Sequence record: NC_020851.1
Direction: 5' to 3' (one strand)
DNA: 64,000 nucleotides
Shown: piece after piece, positions 59,986 to 64,000 of the stretch
How positions within the stretch are numbered: the first letter of the stretch is position 1
Layout: each line of letters starts with the position of its first letter
Made by a program: the position numbers and the translations under genes
The notes under the pieces: model-generated
Databases searched by the model: none
What the model saw: the letters and a program-made list of their open reading frames with translations, nothing else
Told to the model about the DNA's origin: nothing

Positions 59986-61627
59986 TTAAGTATATGCTAA
60001 ATCTGTTAGAAATTTTCTTTTCATAATACTATTTAACGAGGCACCCATAACAATAACTGGAGAGGATCCTCCAGATTGTCCCATCATCATTGGTGGTGGT
60101 GCTTCTTCTTCTATAATTATGATTGTATTTTGTGGTCCTGTTGAATATCCAATATCAGGCATTACTCCCGGAGATCGAGAGACTGCACTTGATCCATGTC
60201 CTAATCCTGCACCACCAAATCCAGCATTTGTTAATACTTGCCTTACTCTTGCAGAACCATTATATTCTCGTTGTCCGATTGCACCACTACCACCCCATTG
60301 TGCTCCAGGAACATCAATTGCCAAGTTTGCTCCGTGCCATCCAGGATCTCCCGGTCTATATTCACTACCTACTTGTATTCCTGCCGCACGTAATGCTGCC
60401 TTTGCTCTTTCTTTATCTTGGAGAGTTTTAAATGCAATGTGCTCATGATAATTTGATTCTCTTCCATGACCATTATATTCAAAGTTTGGGTGCCTTCTAT
60501 CTCCTGTAATATATTCTACAACATTTCCTCCTCCACCACCATATTTTCCACCACTACCACCCATTTCTCCAGAAAGGTTTGCTTTCTTTAACCATTGTCT
60601 TTGATTTACATCTCTAGTATTTCTAAGTCCTTCACTGGGTCTTTCATAATTTCTCATAAACCAGTTTGCAGCATCACCACCAGAAGAAAAATTCTTCCCC
60701 ATATATTCTGGACCTCTGTCTGTTTGTAGAGCATGATCTATTTGACCTTTCCAATTAGTTTTCCAATTTGGAACTGCCCTCTGCAAAGCTATGCCACGTT
60801 CAGCTTTCATTTGAAATAATCCACCAGAACCACCATCATCTCCCGATGCAACTCCAGGTCTAAATCCAGATTCAAATTTGATATTAGCAACAATTCCTTC
60901 TGCTTTATTTTCTGTCATTCCTTCTTTAGTCATTAAATAATCATACATCTGTTTTGCTATAGCAGATTCTCCTCCAGATATTGGACCACTCTCTCCCGTT
61001 ACTTCACCAGAAGTTTCTCCACTTATATCTCCAGTTATCGCTTTTTGGGCATTATCAAAATCATTTGACATTCCTATAAATGCTTTCTCCAAATCATCCA
61101 TTGACTTTTTAATCTTTCCAGATTGATCTGTAAAATCAAAACTTTTTATATTTTCAAATCGTGCAACAATATTATCTTTTAATGCCGTAAACCAACTTCC
61201 AAGATTTTTAACAAAACTTTTTAAACTATCAATAAGAAGATTTATTCTTTTAATTAAATCTTGAACAAACTTTATAATTTTTGGAAGATTATTAAATAAC
61301 CACCCAAGAAATAAAGTTCCAATAAAATCTAAAATTTTCTCAAAAAAACTTTTACCCGGAATTGATCCAAGTCTAGGTTTTTTATACTAAAAGTTTCTAT
61401 AGTTTTTCTTTTTGTCTTCTCTTATTTCTCTCCATAAGTTTTTTATTAAAACTTTTACTTCTTGCAATATTTTCTCTTTTTACCTTAGATTTTTTAAGAA
61501 CTGCTCTACGAAGCATTCCTCCACTTCTACCAACTCCCCTTGCTCCACCAGAAAGAACTGAACCAGCACCTTTGGCAAACATTGAACCTATTCTAAGTGC
61601 TCCTGCCGCGATTGCTCCTACTGCCAT
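59986..61627 (-). CDS. tail/hub protein with phage-tail-lysozyme and peptidase-like domains; frame breaks ~61380, ~61405
   Basis: GIVANIKFESGF...GGLFQM lysozyme-like motif; HEH and HGANLAID motifs. Confidence 0.65.
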
Positions 61628-61628
61628 C

Positions 61629-63513
61629 TTAACCTACCACATTATAGAGAAGTTGAGAATACATCGTATAGAAATTGCTTGGATCTGCCGAAGCAATTAA
61701 TGGGACATCAGTCGCAGATCCACTCTTAAGTGATTGCCCCTGCATTTGTCCTCCAGAACCTCCAACTTTCTTATAAATTACGGTTGTATTTCCACCACCA
61801 GATACTGGTCCTGGTGCTGACATTGATGGAGAAGATGGAGAAGAAACTTGTGCAGCAGACATTGCTCCTGCAGGCATTTCTCCTGGTACTGGTGTTGTCA
61901 CTGGTGTTGGTGTTGTAGCTGCCGGTGATACTTTTGCTTTTGGTTGCTCTGGCTTTTTACCAAGAACCATATTTAATATATCTCCAAGATTTGGAAGTTT
62001 TGATGTTATACCCTCGGCACTTTTAACAAATTTTCCTAATCCAAGATTTCCTAATAATTTTTCTTCATTTTCTTTAATTCCGGGCATAAAATCCCTAGCA
62101 AGTAAAAATGCATCAAGTGCAGTAGATAATGGCCATAATCCACCAATATCTAGCAAACCAGATATCGCTTCTAGTCCTCCACCAATCAGATCTCCATTTG
62201 CCATCCTATCATAGGCAAACATAAAGTTTACAAGTCCACCTATAAAGGGAAGAGCTTTTGATCCTAGTATTCCACCAGCTTTTCCTACACTTTTTGCATT
62301 TTTAACAGAATTTATACCTTGAGCTTTTAAAAATTTATTAAGTCCGGGTATTTTACTCGCAATTCCTACAATTTGATTTCCTAATGCTTTTGCTCCTCCT
62401 AAAAGTGGTTTTATTAAAGGATCCGTAACTTTTTTCAATCCTCCTATTACAAAATCTTTTGTTTTACCTGCAAAATTCTTCAATCCACCAAACATTTCCC
62501 CAAGTTTAAATGCAAGTCCTTTTGGTTTTGGAGCAGACATGCGAGGAAGTCCTGGTATTTGCTTAGAACCTCTCATACCACCTTGAAAAAGATTATTAAA
62601 TCTTTTTACTCCTGCGGGAAGTTTATCATAAAGTTTTGATGCCATACCTCCAGTTCTAGCAGCATTAACTGTTGTTTTAATCTTTGTCTTTCCTAAAGAT
62701 TCTGCAGCTTGCTGAGAAATTGAAGAACCTGCAGCACCTACGGCACGAGCTCCTCCTCCTCCTATGTTAGCATTTGGGACATTTGCCTTTGGAATTTTAG
62801 GATTAAAAATTCTTCCAAGTGATCTTCTCCATAAAAATCCACCAATCTTAAGAGCTAATGCACCAATAAGACCTCCAATTATTGCAAAACCACCATTCAA
62901 TAATAAAAATATTCCACCAACAGTTATAAGAGTTTTTCCAACTTCTTCTGCTATTGATTCTAATTTACCAATATTACCTTCTGCATTTGCTCTTATTGCC
63001 TCTAATCCTTGATTTGTTAACCACCCTCCAAGGAGAGTCATAAAAACTTCTACCAGGTTCCCAAGAACTCCTCCTGCTTTTTTCCTACTGCTTTTACTGG
63101 AGAAATTAGTCCTTTGGTTATTTTTTCTCTAATTTTTTCTCTTCACCACTTCTAAGTTTCTTTTCTTCTACTTTTCCTACATCTTTTTCATATTGTTTCT
63201 GTGCCTTTCTCTCAAGGTCTGCTTCCTTATTTAATGCCTTTGCCAGAAAAGAAACATCATTTTCTAATATAGAAACTCTTTTAGATAAACTTGATGTATC
63301 AACATTAGAAGTGATCGCAGATGGTGTTGTTTTTACAAGTGCTCCCGATTTCTTAAAAACATTTGCAGAACTTACATTTCTTTTGAATATTAATTTTCTT
63401 TCTCCAGCAGATAAGTACTCTCCCGTATAAGGATTTGTCCCAGTATTAGCAATCTTATTAGGAGAAATATTACCTCTCCTCATATTTAATTGTGGTGTGT
63501 TATTAATTGCCAC
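61629..63513 (-). CDS. tail/hub-associated protein (gp29-like position); frame break ~63130
   Basis: coiled-coil N-terminus, hydrophobic Gly/Ala-rich middle, Pro/Ser tail; synteny after gp51. Confidence 0.55.
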
Positions 63514-63682
63514 TGTTTTGCTGCTGTTTTAATTTTTCTTCTTCAATATATTGCTCTAATAAAGTGAGGTAGATGTCCTTCTCCCAGGGTATCATATTTT
63601 CTAACTCTGTTAAGCTATATTTATGATGCTGCATCAGGGCAAATGTTATTTGGTAGTATGACGCAAGATCAGTGTGCGCCAT
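63503..63682 (-). CDS. gp51: baseplate hub assembly protein gp51-like (59 aa)
   Basis: manual translation MAHTDLASYYQITFALMQHHKYSLTELENMIPWEKDIYLTLL. Confidence 0.75.
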   Translation of the reverse strand: MAHTDLASYYQITFALMQHHKYSLTELENMIPWEKDIYLTLLEQYIEEEKLKQQQNSGN

Positions 63683-63684
63683 AC

Positions 63685-64000
63685 CTATGCGAAAAAACTG
63701 GATAGACCTTCCAATACAACATCACTTTCGACCCCAGTATTTGGATTTTTTAGTTTTACAGTATGTGAAAGTTTTGGCATTGTCTCAAAGAAATTCTCAA
63801 CTTCTTTAAATTGTTTGGAACTCAATTGCTCAATAAAATCAAGCATTTCCTTCTTACTACAATCAGAAGAATTCCATGACTCTTCCTCATTATAAATTTG
63901 CTCTACAGAAGAAGCAATTAGTTGGAATGATTCATCGACACCAAACTTACCATCAAAACTAAAATTGGATTTAATGAACTCATCTAGAGAAGGATACTTC
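63685..64000 (-). CDS. gp26: baseplate hub subunit gp26, C-terminal part
   Basis: KYPSLDEF...QFKEVENFFETMPKLSHTV...VLEGLSSFFA. Confidence 0.8.
   Translation of the reverse strand, partial: KYPSLDEFIKSNFSFDGKFGVDESFQLIASSVEQIYNEEESWNSSDCSKKEMLDFIEQLSSKQFKEVENFFETMPKLSHTVKLKNPNTGVESDVVLEGLSSFFA

Noticed and set aside
1513-63130. Programmed frameshifts, pseudogenes or stop-codon recoding in structural genes (breaks at ~1545, 6107, 9438, 14188, 18703, 20572, 28650, 59295, 61380, 61405, 63130)
   Set aside because: All breaks sit in A/T homopolymers, and each one I traced is fixed by adding one base. They hit essential genes, and the continuation is in another frame. This is the signature of long-read or pyrosequencing error.
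3247-63895. Plus-strand ORFs in the track (e.g. 5253-5771, 36156-37007, 43165-43569)
   Set aside because: Antisense shadows of real minus-strand genes, with no recognisable motifs or promoters

Overview
64 kb segment of a T4-like marine cyanomyovirus (Kyanoviridae-type; host probably Prochlorococcus/Synechococcus, supported by cp12 and the cyanophage-style baseplate). All credible genes are on the minus strand. In transcription order (right to left): gp26, gp51, two hub/tail proteins, a hub protein, split gp5, a tRNA/ncRNA cluster, tail fibres, then a ~25 kb early/accessory region of many tiny ORFs with an SF2 helicase, cp12, restriction-modification-like genes and repeated promoter cassettes, then gp25, gp6, a giant gp7-like gene, gp8 and a DUF4815-like structural gene. 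Many long genes are broken at A/T homopolymers and are restored by adding one base; I treat these as sequencing/assembly errors. The most striking unexplained structure is at 26.6-27.6 kb. It has a 26-bp inverted repeat forming divergent promoters, a 14-copy TCTCG array, the only rightward promoters I found, 4.7 tandem 22-bp repeats, three DnaA boxes at exact 21-bp spacing and an AT-rich tract. This resembles an iteron-plasmid/oriC origin, which is not expected in a T4-like phage. Family assignments are from motif recognition and memory; no searches were run.
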